A stretch of 64,000 bases of DNA from NCBI RefSeq assembly GCF_018977255.1, contig NW_024704742.1:49788001-49852000 (forward strand), read 5' to 3'. Source of the stretch: Callorhinchus milii. Its lineage: Eukaryota. A program made the position numbers and the translations under genes. The notes beneath the pieces are model-generated. The model searched no databases and was not told where the DNA came from. It was given only the letters and a program-made list of their open reading frames with translations. Of this stretch, positions 36,571 to 50,564 are shown piece by piece (position 1 is the first letter of the stretch; each line of letters opens with the position of its first letter).

Positions 36571-39269
36571 GGATGCCTGTGAATTTGACTAAAACTGTAG
36601 TTGCCTCTCATGTCTTGAAACCAGATTCAATTTCTGTTTAGAAGAACACAAAGGTCTTCTCTCCCACTGATCATTGTTAATGGTCACAAGTAGATTCAGC
36701 TGTGGCAGTCTGAATTTGTCTCTGGTGAGCATGAAATCATATGTCTAAATCAGTTGCATTTCTTGCTCCCAATATGGCAATATGAACTTTCAAGAGAGAA
36801 CCATGAATGACGTGATAGAATGAAAAATAGCTCCAGGTACTGCAGAATACATCTATTTAGAGGAGCTATGAGGAACTGTAACTGACATTCCCAAAGGATA
36901 CTGACAACAGTTATCTCACGCAATGCTGCTAAAGTTAGAAGACACTGTACATATAAAACTGTCATCACAAAGACAGCCCCAAGGCATTGAAGAGAGCAAG
37001 TACTAACCTTCATCAGGAAAGTCCATTTGCTATAAATGAAAAGGAAAATCAGATTGAATCCTGTATCATTGTAAACTTACACATTTGTATAACTTGCTCT
37101 CACTGATTGAACAGTGACATGGAGTGAGCTCAATGCACCAAACTTGCACAGATCTGAGCAAGCAGGACAACCTATCAGTACTTCAGTTAAACTAATGCCA
37201 ACATGCTTTTTTCACCTCCATATCCAGTAAAGAATACAAAACCCTCTTCATTCCTTCAGGAGTCCTTTACCAGGGTGAATCTCCCATGAAAGTAAGCAGT
37301 ATGGGGTTTCAAATTGACTGTTTTATCCTCCAAACTCTTTCCTGATAGATAACCATATTCTACTTCAACGCACACAAATAAATGTCTATAACTAATGGAA
37401 ATATAAGTCTATAAATAAAATGTGATTTCCATGAAAAAGATGTAATGAAAAGAGTTTTCAACGTTTAAACAACATTTAAAAGAAAGTAATTCCAGAAAGT
37501 ATTAGGTGCAGGTTGGCAAGAGTCAAGGCTTAGGGACCCCAGAGAGTGTGTTGGGATACTGCTGGAGTCTAACCAGCTAGAAATTAATTAATCTGGAAGG
37601 CTGGTTTACTGCAATTTTTAAAATGGATCGACTTCCAAATTAAGACCGATTTAAGAATTTTCAACAAATCTGCACCAATCTAAATGCTTAGACAAAATGG
37701 TTATTGTGGTTAAGAAAACTACATGTAATTTTGGACCTCAGGATCCATTGGAAAGCAAGAAAAGTTCCGCCTCTTCACCTTTGTTGTAAAGCAATCACAA
37801 GTTTTCCATTGATACGCTTTCACCTTATTTTGTTGCAGCAGCATCTAAACATTTAGATATACAATTGTAATGTTAAAAACTGTTGTTGTTTGTGCATGAA
37901 TTTGATTGTAGCCATGCGGCTACAAATTGTATACCACAGTGTAATTCCTGGGAGAGAGAAACCTCATTACCTCATTACCTCCAGCACAAGAGAACCAATG
38001 TGATAACTTAAAATCCTGGTAAGAAACTTCATCTAGATGTTAGATTAGGTAGAAATAGGTAGCATTCCCTCATGTTTATTGATTTTGTGTTGTGTATACC
38101 TAACAGTCGCTCCCACAAAAGAAAAAAAGGTGATTTAAAGCAAGTATTACCAATTGTGTTACAAACTGAGCCAGCTGGGCAAATGGTGGAAAAAATGAGA
38201 ATTATACCATGCATAAGATGCAATCTTATTCAGCTAGATATCCAATTTACTATGTTTGTTTTTTAGAGTTGGGCTGAGAAATACGAGTTTAAAGTCTGGC
38301 AAATATTTTGCTAAAGAAAATTGAAAGCATTTGGTAACAATACTATATGTATTAACAAGAATATGAAAAATACTGGTTTGACGAAATCAAAAATTAAGTA
38401 TTAAGAAAATAGGCTGTTTCTGTAGTATTTGAATGAACTAATCCATCATATTTTGCCAAATTTTCATTGATTTAATTTGAGTTTTCCTAGCTATGACGAT
38501 ACAAATCTTTTGACATCTATTATGTAAGGTTCAAGAAAATCTATGAATTATGCAGTGCAATTTAGGAAACAATTTTCTTGAATTTAAAGTCAATTCTGGG
38601 ATTCTGCCACTTTGGAATAATTTAAAATTAACCTACTGCTTCAAATTACATCAACTTCTGGTTTTGTCCATTCTCTCTGATGTATGTGACTATATAAATA
38701 CAAGTCCTTGGTGTTACCACCTCCAATATTGTTCCCAGAAAGCTAAAGTACTTCTATATTTACTTTTGGACAGAAAACAGAATCAACTACATTTTGCTAG
38801 CATCTATTCCATATATCTACTGGCCTGTGGGGAAATGAAAACATTGAAATTGCCTGGTGTTTTCCAGCACCTTGATGGAACAAGACACTTCAATATCACG
38901 ATCAAATTAACTTGTGAAATCCAGTCACTACTTATCTTTAAATTAGTGAAATGGATAGGCACTCTAAACTCCTTCTTTTGCAGTATATTGTGATACACCA
39001 TTTATTCTTTAGCTAACGTTTTAAATTAGTATATTTAATTAAAATTGGCAACATTGTCAACTAATTAGTAGATCATACAAACTTAAATTATAATGTTAGG
39101 GTCTAAATATGTTGTGTGTTATTTCGGCTGTGATCTAACAACAGGACAATTGGCTTTGGTGGTCATCTTTTCCTTCTTATATGCTTTTAAAGATTGATTG
39201 AAGGGCCTTCTTCACACAAACTAATCTTGTGATCTTGCGATCTTAAATCAAACAAGCATTCAAAGCACA

Positions 39270-40085
39270 AATCAGTTTCGTTCAATTGGTAGGACCCTTA
39301 CCCCTGGTCACAAATTTATTGATTGAAGCCTTTCTTCACTGTACATTTGCCCTCATAAAGCAGACTGGCACAGCAATACAGTGGTGAGGGAATGCAGCAT
39401 TGTTGAAGGTGTGGTCTTTCAAACTAAATTAACTATTCCTCATTCTCAACTTTAAATCCCTGCATTGTCTTGCCCCACCTTACCTCTTCGATCTCTTCAA
39501 ATCATACCAAGCTGGCCACTCCCTTTGTTCAGAAGCACATGCTTACTTCATATCCCGCACCCTATCTGTCCAGCAAGCAGTTGGGTTTTTAGCCAATCTA
39601 CCGCCACTCTCTGGAACTCCATCCCGGAGTCTCTCCGACTTGCTTCCTCCCTCACCTCATTAAAGGTCTATCTCAAGACCTTCCTCTTTTGACTGCAACT
39701 TCAGTCATCTTCCCCCTCCCCATATCCCTTGGCTCCCATCACCCTTGAATCTCACCCACAGTTCGGTTGCCAGGCCGTATTGTTAAATGTCTTGTGACAT
39801 CCTCCTGCTGTGATAGGCATTATGTAAATTTGTATTGTATTGTATCAGCCTACTTTGGTAAACATATCAGGATCCCACGGCACTATTTTAAAGATGAGAA
39901 GGGAGTTGTTCTGTTTTGCTAGTTAATATTCATCCCAAATGTGCCAGAACCACCTAGATGGATTGATCATTCATCTGTCATTCTGATTATTCAGCACAAC
40001 AGTTTCTATACTCCTAGCTAGCTCATTGCGTGAAGTCTTCTGAGACATTTCAATGTAATAAAGTGTTATGTGCAATGCAAGCAGT
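39270..40085 (+). mobile_element. Old DeuSINE interrupted by an L2 3' fragment (~39435-39845)
   Basis: SINE head and core flank an ATLWNSIPESLRLASSLTSLKVYLKTFLF frame. Confidence 0.75.
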
Positions 40086-40639
40086 TTTATTCATTATTAA
40101 TTGATCACATTAACATTCGTATAAACATTTTTAAATTTGTGATAAATCTTTCTAGCAAGTTACAGACTCAGGCCTCATGGGATCATTGAGTACGCAAACA
40201 TTGTTTTCATATAATAAGATGGAGTGAAATGAAGATATTATCCATATTCAAGTCAAAGGTCAAAGGTAGTGAGCTGACATTCTGAGATTGAATTTTTGAA
40301 CTCTGATTCATGCACAAACCACAGTGAACGTCTGAATTGCCTTCTGAGACAGACAGAACATAAATTCCAGATCTGCATTTGGACTCAAATCTCACTTAAT
40401 TACAAAATCTTTCTCAGTGCTTCATTGCTTTGAACTGCCCCGCAGTCATTAAATTATGAAAACCATACACTTCTGAAATATTAAATCATATCATGATTAA
40501 ACTGTACTGTAAATAAGAAATTCTTATCAGGATTTGTTGCTCAATTTATCATGATCATTTGGTGTCTTTAAATTCAAAATTTAAACAGATCAGAATTGTA
40601 ACAAGAAATATATTGATAAACCACCATTTTATAATCCCT

Positions 40640-40833
40640 CAAGAAAAAAAACAATAATAATTTGGTCACTCAATCCACGACTGTTTGTGGGACACTGCTG
40701 TGCACAATTGGCTGCTGCATTTTGCCCACAAAATACACAGTCAATTCACTTTACAGTATATTCTGTGAAGCTCTTTGCAACTTCTAGAAGATGTGAAAAG
40801 TGCTATATCAAATGCAAGGATTATTATTATTAT
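40640..40833 (+). mobile_element. tRNA-Deu-L2 SINE 3' half
   Basis: Deu core and L2-like tail ending in (TTA)n. Confidence 0.9.
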
Positions 40834-41079
40834 ATTTATTCTATCTTCCTGGGGTAGGGGAGTTAAGAGGCACCTTCTTGAAGCCGAACTGGCCAACAAT
40901 TCCCCAGTTAAAATTAATGATTCACTTCATGGCTGTTTTGTCTGACATTGCAGGGTGCAAGTTGGTTGCGACAGATTAAAGTCACTACACTTTGAGGTAA
41001 GTCTGGTGAAGTGATTTGAGAGGTCCTCATGATGTTAAAGGTATTTTATCAAATATACAAAACACAAGGATTATTGTTC

Positions 41080-41530
41080 CCCAATCACCCCAGTCCTTGC
41101 CAGACTGCACTGGCTGCCTATCCCAGAGAGGATCGACTTCAAGATCCTCACCCTCGTATGCAAGTCCCTGCATTCCTTTGCACACCCCCTACCTCTCTGA
41201 CCTCCTCTCTCCTCAAAGCAGTACCCATTGCCTTCGTTCCTCCCGGTCTGGCCTCCTCCTTGTCCCCCGAGTCCTCCGCTCCACCCTCGGCATCTGTGCC
41301 TTCCGCACTATGCCCCGAGGCTCTGGAACTGCCTTCCTCATTCCCTTCGTCTCACTCCCTCCCTTCCCATTTTCAGGTCTCTGCTGAAGACCTTTCTTTT
41401 CGACCTCGCCTTTGGTGACCTTCGCCCTCCTTCCCCTGGTCGGCCCCAGGATCCAAAACTGTAAAGCACTCTGAGACGCCGTCTGGTGTGGAGGGCGCTA
41501 TATAAATCCAAGCTGTTGTTGTTGTTGTTA
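41080..41530 (+). mobile_element. L2 3' fragment (different subfamily tail)
   Basis: RLHWLPIPERIDFKIL and RLWNCLPHSLRL...LKTFLF frames; (TTG)n tail. Confidence 0.9.
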
Positions 41531-42321
41531 TTATTTTTTTTAATTTGCCCAAGCTTGCTGATCAGGTCATGCTTTGGGCATTGCCAGGTGACAGATATTT
41601 CTTTGATCAAGCTACGAGACAGTATTACATCAATCTTGTTAGAGTCACTAATACAATCTTGAAATCAAAGATTGAAACTTCTTGATATCTCTGTAGACAT
41701 CTTTCAAAGCAAGTAACAATTTGTAGTTGTATAGCACGTTTCACGTCAAGAGGACATCCCATGGCCCTGTATAAAAGCTGTAGTCTGACAAAGGTTAACC
41801 AAATTGAAGGTTAAACTTCAGTCTGGATCTTCTAACCAAACTATGCTTCATCAAAGTCTGTGTTTAATCACTGCAAGTCTTGCTAAGGTTATAGACTTCA
41901 TGGTCAAGTTGTCATCTGAATCATTCTAATGAAACTATGAACAATGTTTGGTCCTATCTCTACTCTACATTTCCCCATAATGATTGCTAAGGGCATCGTG
42001 AGATTGTATAGTACCAAAGGTAATTAGCTTAGGTAGAAGGTATCATAGTTTTGCTAAAGAAAGGGTATCAGTTGAGAGTTTATGATCTGCTTGAATGTCA
42101 AAAGGAACGTAAAATGTTAAAACAAGGTTTAATCCAATGTTACAGAACAGTGAACACTGGCCCATTACTGACTAATGAATAATTAGGATCAATTGATCCT
42201 GTCACCAAGAGTTGACACTAACTGCAGATGAACAAAGGCTCAAGGACAAAATAGCATTTCAAAAGTATCTATAAACTTTGATGGAGACAAAAACATTATT
42301 TGGAAAATGTGACTTGGGTAC

Positions 42322-42527
42322 GTAGGATGGAACCTACCATTACAGTTGGATAGAGACAACCAGTACAGCAGAATGGAATTCATCAATTACAGCAGGATAG
42401 AAAGCATCAATGCAGTAGAACGAGACCAGCAATAGAATAGAATAGAAATTGCTAATATGGTAGGATGGGGCTCAAGAAAACAATAGGATGGAAATCACCA
42501 ATACAGTAGGATAGAGACCACTGATAG
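42322..42527. repeat. Degenerate ~21-bp minisatellite (approx. ACAGTAGGATRGAAACCACCAAT)
   Basis: About nine recognisable diverged units. Confidence 0.75.
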
Positions 42528-43000
42528 CTTTTAAGGTCAATTTTGCAATAATTCTTAACAGATTTCTTAATTAAGACATCTGGAAGTCAGCAACACTGAC
42601 ATGTGGGAGCATTGCTCCAACCCAAGTAATGTTTCGAATGGGGTTTCCTCCAACCCTTTTCTATGTGGCTCTAAATTATTTCTTATTACTCTGACCTTAT
42701 TTCATTTTAAAATGTAGAACCTGGAAGAATTGCATTCTATTTTGGATTGAATGAACCTGAAACCATTCTGCAAATCTTAATTGCTCTATGAATGTTAAAT
42801 CAAGCAAGTTACTTATTAAAGTGGTATCACTTAGCTGTCTTTTAACTTTCCCTTGAGACTTCATCTCTGGTGAAGAAATGGAAGGAGAGAACACTACACA
42901 TTCTAAACTCATTTAGTTAAAGATCTGTATTGAGGAAAATTATGAACAGCTACTTGGAACCCATGAACTTCAGACCTAGAGTGGAAAGTGATGCACAATT

Positions 43001-43368
43001 ATAATAATCATAATCCTTACATTTTATATAACGCCTTATTACATCTTCAAGACGTCTCAAAGCGCTTCACAGAATATACTGTAAAGTGAATTGACTGTAT
43101 ATTTTGTGGGAAAGTACGGCAGTCAATTGTGCAGTGTCCCACAAACCATCGTGGATTGAGTGACCAAATTATTATTATTTTTGAATGGATTATTACCCCA
43201 GGAAAAGCGATCCACCAATCGACTTACAACCGGATTCCTCCTTACTGCTAGGTAAACAGAGGCATCTGGAGTAAGGAATCTTGCCCAATGTTTTGTCCTG
43301 CCCGGGAATCAAACCCAGGTCCTCTCGCTTGCGAGGCGAGTGCTCTAATCACTAAGCTACAGGACTCC
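43001..43368 (-). mobile_element. Full-length tRNA(Ala)-like-head Deu-L2 SINE
   Basis: Reverse strand reads GGAGTCCTGTAGCTTAGTGATTAGAGCACTCGCCTCGCAAGCGAGAGGACCTGGGTTTGATTCCCGGGCAGGAC (A/B boxes, CTCGC/GCGAG anticodon stem); flanked by CAATT. Confidence 0.93.
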
Positions 43369-44570
43369 AATTGTGCAAAAATGAAACAATTTTTGAAGGT
43401 GAAGCAGTTATAATATTTGTTTAGATTCAGTAGAAGAAAAGTAAAGTTAAAACTAAAAAGTCAGAGTAGGGCAAAGGAGAGAAAGGAAAAACAGAAAGAA
43501 AAGGATAAAGGGATAAAGGAATCACTGCTAAAATATTTAATATTTTATTTTAATTTAAAATGTGTTTTTACCATTGTTACATGAGCCTCTGTACAAGTAA
43601 CAATATTCAGGGTTACCCTACCACAGTTGGTAGCACTCTCACCTCTGGGACTTGAACTCACATTGTCTAGGCTGGCCTCTAATGTAGTGCTGTGGTTGTG
43701 CTGCATTGTCGCAGTGCGCACCTTCGGTTGAGGTATCCCTGCCTATTTAGGTGGAGATCAAATAATTCAAAATCTGGATGTTCGAAGTAAAGGGACTTTG
43801 TCATATTTTCATTTCTCTGAAAAAACACAACAGAGAGCTGGATTTCTGACAAATTGAAAACATACATTTATAAAGGAAAATGGAAGTTAGATGAATGAAT
43901 GAATGAATGAATGAGTTAATTCTTATTTTTACTATAAAATGCCCTGAGTGATGGTGTGGTTCATTAATTCCTAAGTCAGATTGCTAAGTGGGTTTACAAT
44001 CAGGTTTAAAAACTGACAGTCGCTTTTGGCAAACTAGGAATGTGTGACCTGTCAACTGAGCCGCACAGTGGGATGTTAAAATCCTCCAGCTAAGCCAACT
44101 GCTCTCCCAGCTGCTGGGGAATGCATTCCCATCCATTTGCATGGCTTCCAGCAAACTAATTTATTGAAATAAAAAGCAAAGTTCATCAGTAGCATCCCTT
44201 GAATTATACCCTGACCTCATCCCCACTTGACAATAGCCCTCCAACTCAATTAGCCATTAATGAACCTTTTGTAACATTAGCAACTTCAGAACTTGTCAAA
44301 ATCTTATCCTCGTTGATTATGATAGACAAATAGTTAATTCTCTGACCATAGTACACATTATCAAATAAAACATTTACTTTTAGATATTTTCTCTCCTTTG
44401 CTCAGAATTTGGCAAATTGTTGAAACCAACTGGGAAGTTCTTAAAAGAAACTTACAGAAACTCGCTTTCAAAATTAAGACTTGTACTCTGAAATGCAAAG
44501 TCAATAGAGTGAATCTAGGATAAATTTCTTACCCCACTGCATTTTATACCTGTCTCCATTTTATCTTCAG

Positions 44571-44604
44571 GCTCTGAGACACCACCATATATGAACAATG
44601 TTAA
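44571..44604 (+). CDS. Candidate small exon (xSETPPYMNNVK; phase 1 to 2)
   Basis: Acceptor ctccattttatcttcag, donor AA|gtaagt; only the phase-1 frame is open. Confidence 0.4.
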
Positions 44605-45019
44605 GTAAGTTATTGGTACTTTTTTTTGTATTTTCTGTAATTTGTTTAAAAGCTTTTAGGATTGTTGTGGGGTAAAAATATAGCACAATTGAACTCATCC
44701 AACAGCTCATAGCATTTCAATAGCAGCTCACAAAACACCAACTTAACTCAGCTTCAAACATTCCAATTGAAGAGTTATAAAAGTTGCTATAAGTTGTTCA
44801 GTTGACATGTGCAGGTCACAGTTTTGAATCTTATATTTATTCCATGAATTCTGCAATTGAAAAAGTTAATTGGGTAAACCTGCTTAAGTCGATGATAAAA
44901 GTGGCCTATTAAATAGTTTGAGTATAAAGAATGTGAGAATTTTTAGGAATGCAAAAAAATCTAATTTGGCTAAAACAGTTTCCAATATACCTCAAACCTC
45001 TTCTCTGCAGACACACGTA

Positions 45020-45902
45020 ACATTGCCTCTTGAATCTATCCACTGGCTCTCTGTATCCAAAAGGATAAATTTCAAGATCCTTACCCTCATGTACAAATCG
45101 CGTCACGTCCTAACATCTGCCTACGTCTCTGACCTGCTTGTACCCCAATCAACAACAACAACAACAACAAGATTCCATTTATAGAGCGCCTTTAACGTCA
45201 GGAGGACGTCCCAAGGCGCTGTACAGTTGGGTCAGGACCCGAGCAGGGGGAAATGGTCAGGGTGAGGGGAGGGAAGGGAGGGAGGAGGAGGGGGTAGAGA
45301 GTCGAGAGGGGAGCTGAAGGCACAGTCAAAGAGAAAAGTCTTGAGACCAGCCTTGAAGGAGGAAAGGGAGGAGGCGGCGAAGGCACTGGGGGATGGAGTT
45401 CCAGAGCCTAGGGGCTGAGAGGCTGAAGGTCCGGCCACCGATGGTAGAGCGGTTGGGGCGGGGGATGTGGTGCAGACCGGAGCCAGAGGAACGGAGGGTA
45501 TGGGCAGGTAGGTAGGGGGATAGTAGGTCAGAGAGGTAGGAGGGAGCAAGGCCGTGAATGGCCTTGTAGGTGAGGATGAGGATCTTGAATTGAATTTGAA
45601 TCCTCCGCCCTTTGCTCAGCTGGCACAGGCCTGCTGCGCATCCCCCGACCCCTCTATGCCACCATCAGTGGCTGTGCCTTAAGGCACTATGCTCCCAACC
45701 TCTGGAACTCCCTATCTTAATCCTTCCATCTCGCCCCCTCTTTACCTATCTTTACATCCAACCTGAAGATTTTGCTTGGTAACCATGTCTATGGTCACCT
45801 CCTTTTTTCTTCTTCCTTGTTCGGTGACCAATCCAGTTACTGTGCAGCATTTTGAGATGCTATCCTGCATGAAGAGCGCTATATAAATGCAAGTTGTTGT
45901 TG
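45020..45902. mobile_element. Old plus-strand L2 split by a young minus-strand L2 (45151-45592)
   Basis: SIHWLSVSKRINFKILTL on +; a young copy with a (CAA)n tail on -; the old copy resumes at ~45600. Confidence 0.9.
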
Positions 45903-46883
45903 TATTACCATGTCTCTCTTCAACAGCTTTCCTAAATGATCTACTCCACAGATCTGTTACTCTGTGAGTAAAATAATAATAAAGCAAATACGTTCCATCT
46001 GACTTACCTTCTTACTCATAACTTTCTGATTTTAGTTTGTTTACACTGGTATTTTAACCCTACGCTTCAGTGAACAATTTACCTCCATTGAATTTCCAAT
46101 CTCCTTCATCATCTTAAAATCATATCTTCAGCCCAGTTTTTAAGCAATGGAATGAGTCCTTAAATTGAATTACTGATCCAGACGGGGTTATTGTCAGAGT
46201 TTTAGCTAATGCTTCTGTTCATATCAGATCCACATTTATTGATACTCTGGGTGACACTGATTAAAGTACTGTAAGGAAAAGTAATCGCTGCCTCGGTTAC
46301 TGATATTCATGATATTGATTCTGGTTTCATTCTAATTGAAGAAGCTACAACTTGTACAGATAAAGTTGTTCAAAACCACACACAGAGACAAAAATGTTTT
46401 GAATTACAATCAATCTGCAACCAATTATAAGATCAATCCCCGTCAGTGTAACGTGGACTTTATGTCGAGCAATACGTTTTATAAATCCAATTCGTGCAAC
46501 TTTTATCGCATTAAGCTTTGACAAAATTCAGTATTAAACTTTAACTGTACTTCAATTGGTTTCCTGAGCTCTGTGAAATACAAATAGACATAAGAAAAAA
46601 AATGCTGATATTCAGTTGTACAGTTTAAGGAAGCGCACATGGCATCTAATTGAAATCACAAGATTAAATCTTGTATCAGGAAAAAAATCTGGAGACCGAA
46701 AAGGGTAAAGGGATGACATTACAGTGTTTTCTGATGCATTCAGTTACTGAATACATTATAAAACATTGCAAGTTTCACTACTCTTGGGGATAAATTTCCC
46801 TGGCTTTAGGTTTGCTATGTTTGTGTAACTCCCTTCTCTTTTCCAATAGTGACAGGGCACCTTTAATAGACACACAAACAGGC

Positions 46884-47240
46884 AGATGGGATCTTGCTTT
46901 AACATCTCATCTGAAGGACGGCACCTCCCGCTTTTTGGAGGTGCTATTCTTCAGATGAGACATTAAAGCGATGTCCCATCTCCTTATCGCGTGGATGTTA
47001 AAGATCCCATGACACAGTGTTAAAAAAGTGAAGGGAGTTTCTCCCAGTGACCTGGCCAACAGCGTCCCAGATAAATTTAGCCAAATTCACGTCATGGCTG
47101 TTTGTGGGATATTGCTGTGGGCAAATTGGCTGTCTTGTTTGCCTACACATTCACTACACTTTAGTGTAAATCCTGGAAAGCATTTAGAGAAGACCTCCTA
47201 ATGTGAAAGGCACTAGAACAAATGTAAGGATTATTATTAT
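46884..47240 (+). mobile_element. Old DeuSINE whose 5' end is an inverted duplication of its own core
   Basis: 45-bp arms at 46884-46928 and 46937-46981, followed by the Deu core and tail. Confidence 0.85.
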
Positions 47241-48749
47241 AATGATAGCATCCAAAGTTGGCTGCAATTGCTCAGACTCGGATCTGCTATCCAGGGTTTC
47301 TGATTACACGTAATATTGATTCAGTTAACTTATTTTTCTGTATAGGTGACATGAAAGATTGCAATCCGAGATCTAAAACTTTAACATTGGTGCCCCAACA
47401 AAGTACAAACAACAACAACAAAATTACATTTGTATAACGCCTTTCACGTCGGGAGGACATGAAAGGACTTTTCTGATTGCGCTTTCTGTCCAATCAGTGT
47501 TTCAGACTGGTTGTGCAAATGTAATTTTGTTGTTGTTGCAAAGGTTGTGTTTGCTTGAAATTTGTTTACAGCTGGTTTGGAATCCCTGATTGGTAGCTCC
47601 AGTAGAAATATAATAACAATTTACATTTTATGTCATGTTGGGAGAACTCTCAATGCGCTTCACATAACTGACTCGGCACCTGAGCTGAGAGTGGAAAGGG
47701 AACGATGACCAAAAGCGTAGTGAAAAAGATAACTCTTACGGCAAGCTTTAAAGATGGGGAGGGAAGGGGTGGGTCGGAGTGATTGTATGATGGAGTCAAA
47801 TGTTTGCTGAAATTAGTTATTTTTGACAGAGGCAAATTTAACATTTAACAATAATAGGTCAGCTTTATTTCAGGTTCAAAGCATTGCCTATTTTGGGGGA
47901 AGATAGAGGGGATGCATGTGACAGAATCTGAGGTGAAAAGCTGTCCGATTGGTATTCCTTTTGACAACATTTATTAAGTCTTCCAAGTCTCTTTGTATTC
48001 ATGTCAGCCTTCTGTTGAGAAAAATAGATGAAGCTGACACTGAGTAGGTGTGTCAAGCTTTTTATTCAGAAAACAAAGCAAATAGTGATTCTCCACTATG
48101 ATCAATGATTTATCCATAAAATTAATTATTGTAAAGTTAACTATTTTGATGGAGCAGTTTTTAGATGAGGGAACATTATAAATTTCTCAAGTGTTACTGA
48201 GATTGCCAACATTGTATAGTCCCACAGCTGTAGGGTATTTTCTGTCTGAATCTCATTACTTTGGGTTCAGTTTACCATCACAAATAATACTGCACATTGG
48301 CCCAGGAAGTCCAGTTTTGTTGTTGCAGGATTCTTTTCTTCCAAATTGTCAGCTTTCAATTATTATGTCGGAATGGAGTGTTTAAAGGTACAGTATCAGA
48401 CATTAACATATTTCATCAGATCGATAAGATCAAGATCATAGATGAGAACAGGCCCGTTTGATCTCATCTTTTCAGAATACCCACTCCACCATCATCATAG
48501 TACTAAGCTATTTTATAAATGAGTCCGGTGTCCTCGCCTCAACCACCCTTTCTGATAATCTGCTCCAATCATGAATTAACATCTGGGTAAAGAAATACTT
48601 CTGTATTTCAGGCCAGAGATATCATTTGTAACTCAAAACCTCCATTTGCCATTTGTAACTCAAAACCTCTGCCCTCTTTCTACTGTCCCAAAGTATTGTT
48701 TTTTATATGATATAATTATATGATATATTTATATGATATAAAGTCTTAC

Positions 48750-49029
48750 TCACCCCACTATTGGTGGGTGGGCCTTCCACCACTCTGCACTCACCCTCTG
48801 GAACTCCATCCCACAGCCCCTCCATCTCATCCCTTCCCTCGCCATCTTCAAGACCCACCTCAAGACTCTCCTCTTCGACCTTGCTTTCGATCTTCCTGCT
48901 TACCCTCCTGCCCTCCACAATCCCCCACCCCAACCCCCAGCTCAGGTCTGTAACTTTGTCTGTCCAGCGCCTTGGGACATCCTCCCAACATGAAAGGCGC
49001 TATACAAATGTAATTTTGTTGTTGTTGTT
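48750..49029 (+). mobile_element. L2 3' fragment
   Basis: TLWNSIPQPLHL...FKTHLKTLLF frame, stem-loop and (TTG)n tail. Confidence 0.9.
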
Positions 49030-49386
49030 CTCAGTTTACTTCTTCAATCTCAATTAAAATGTTATACACCTCTATAAGGTCTCATCTGAGACATTTCCTT
49101 TCAACACTGAAGTGTCCTAGCTTGTCTAATCATTGCTCATAGTTCATTCCTTTAACAATGGTACACTCAGATTAAGCTATCCATTCAATTCCACCGCCCT
49201 ATACCCCAATTCCACTATCCGCATACTGTTTCAATCTTTCATGTATCTGTCTGCTTCCCTCTTGTTTGTGGCACAGTTGTTAGTAGGCTTACACACTACT
49301 TATAAACTTTATGGAGTAACATTTGTAGAAACTAAATATGATAAAAGGAAAATGAATGACAGGCTTGTAAAGTTATTGGTTTCTAG

Positions 49387-49424
49387 CACCTGAGCACCGT
49401 GATGAAACACAGCTGTCTCAGCAG
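49387..49424 (+). CDS. Candidate small exon (xPEHRDETQLSQQ; phase 1 to 0)
   Basis: Acceptor ttattggtttctag, donor CAG|gtacag; overlaps an E-box cluster. Confidence 0.25.
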
Positions 49425-50157
49425 GTACAGATGGCAAACTGGACACATGTGGTGAAATAGAACAGCTGGCACAGTGGATCTTGGAGACAAAGGTGCCACC
49501 GTCGCTATGGTTTATACATTGAAATGCCATGGTAGAGCTGGCACACGTCACATTCCTGACACAGATGGCACACCTGCTGTAGCCAACAATGCTCTGCGTA
49601 CTTATATATGAAGGCCGATGTGATTTATTGTAGGTCCTATTAATTCTTACACCACAAGTTTGCCCACTGCTTGTTCTACACATCACAAATAACAGCTGCT
49701 TTATAGCGCTTCCATCTTTGATTTATGACAAAGAGGGTGAAAGGACAAGTAGATTTCTATAGATTCAACACTTTCTGGCTTGTAATACTGTTTTTAATGG
49801 AAAAAAAGAACAACTTAAATTACGGTAGGCTCTTAAAATGAAGTTAGGTTTGTTGGCAAGGAAGAGGAGTAAATATAAATAAAGCAACACAGTATTTAGT
49901 GTAATGTTTTATGTATTGAATGTGAATTTTTAATATTATTACTATATTAAATCTTATCATTTTTCCAAATATCCAATTCATTCCAGTACAACCCAATACA
50001 TTTTTGCTCCAATAGTTACATTCTAGTATTGTGAATTTTTAACCTTTAATTGAATTTCTACGTTCCCTGTAGAATAATTTAAGACACTTTGAATGAATCA
50101 TACCAAGGGACAAAAACAATTGCTTTCACTGTGAAGTCTCGTTTAGGCCAAGATTTT

Positions 50158-50525
50158 AATAATAATGCTTGCATTTGATATAGTACCTTATCACATCATC
50201 GAGATGTCTCAAAGCGCTTCACAGAATATTCAGTCAAGTGAATTGACTGTGTATTTTATGGGCGAAACGTGGAATTGCGCACAGCAGTGTCCCACAAACA
50301 GTTGTGAATTGACTGACCAAATTATTATTATTTTTGAAGGGATTATTACCCATGGAAATCGATTTGCTAATTGAGTAATGGCCGGGTTCCTACTTACTGC
50401 TCGATAAACAGAGGCGTGAGGAGTCAAGAAACTTGCCCAACATTTCGTCCTACCTAGGAATCGAACCCAGGTCCTCTCGCTTGCAAGGCAAATGCTCAAA
50501 TGCTCTAACCAATATTCGACGGACA
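50158..50525 (-). mobile_element. Full-length tRNA-Deu-L2 SINE
   Basis: Colinear with 43001-43368. Confidence 0.92.
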
Positions 50526-50564
50526 AGATCTTGATCATTTGTGTCATTTTCATTCTCATTATAT

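Noticed and set aside
42322..42527. CRISPR-like periodic repeat
   Set aside because: The units are contiguous and degenerate with no unique spacers; it is a minisatellite in a eukaryotic genome.
37009..42912. Minus-strand exon-like segments (~37009-37030, ~37979-38032, ORF 42697-42912)
   Set aside because: They form no coherent chain or recognisable protein. They show that short AG/GT-bounded frames arise by chance, which also limits confidence in the + strand calls.
43295..43368. tRNA-Ala-like cloverleaf as a tRNA gene
   Set aside because: It continues directly into a SINE body and recurs, mutated, in many SINE copies.
49470..49495. CACAGTG...ACAAAGGTG as a V(D)J recombination signal
   Set aside because: The spacer is 10 nt, the nonamer is poor, and no Ig/TCR segment is adjacent.
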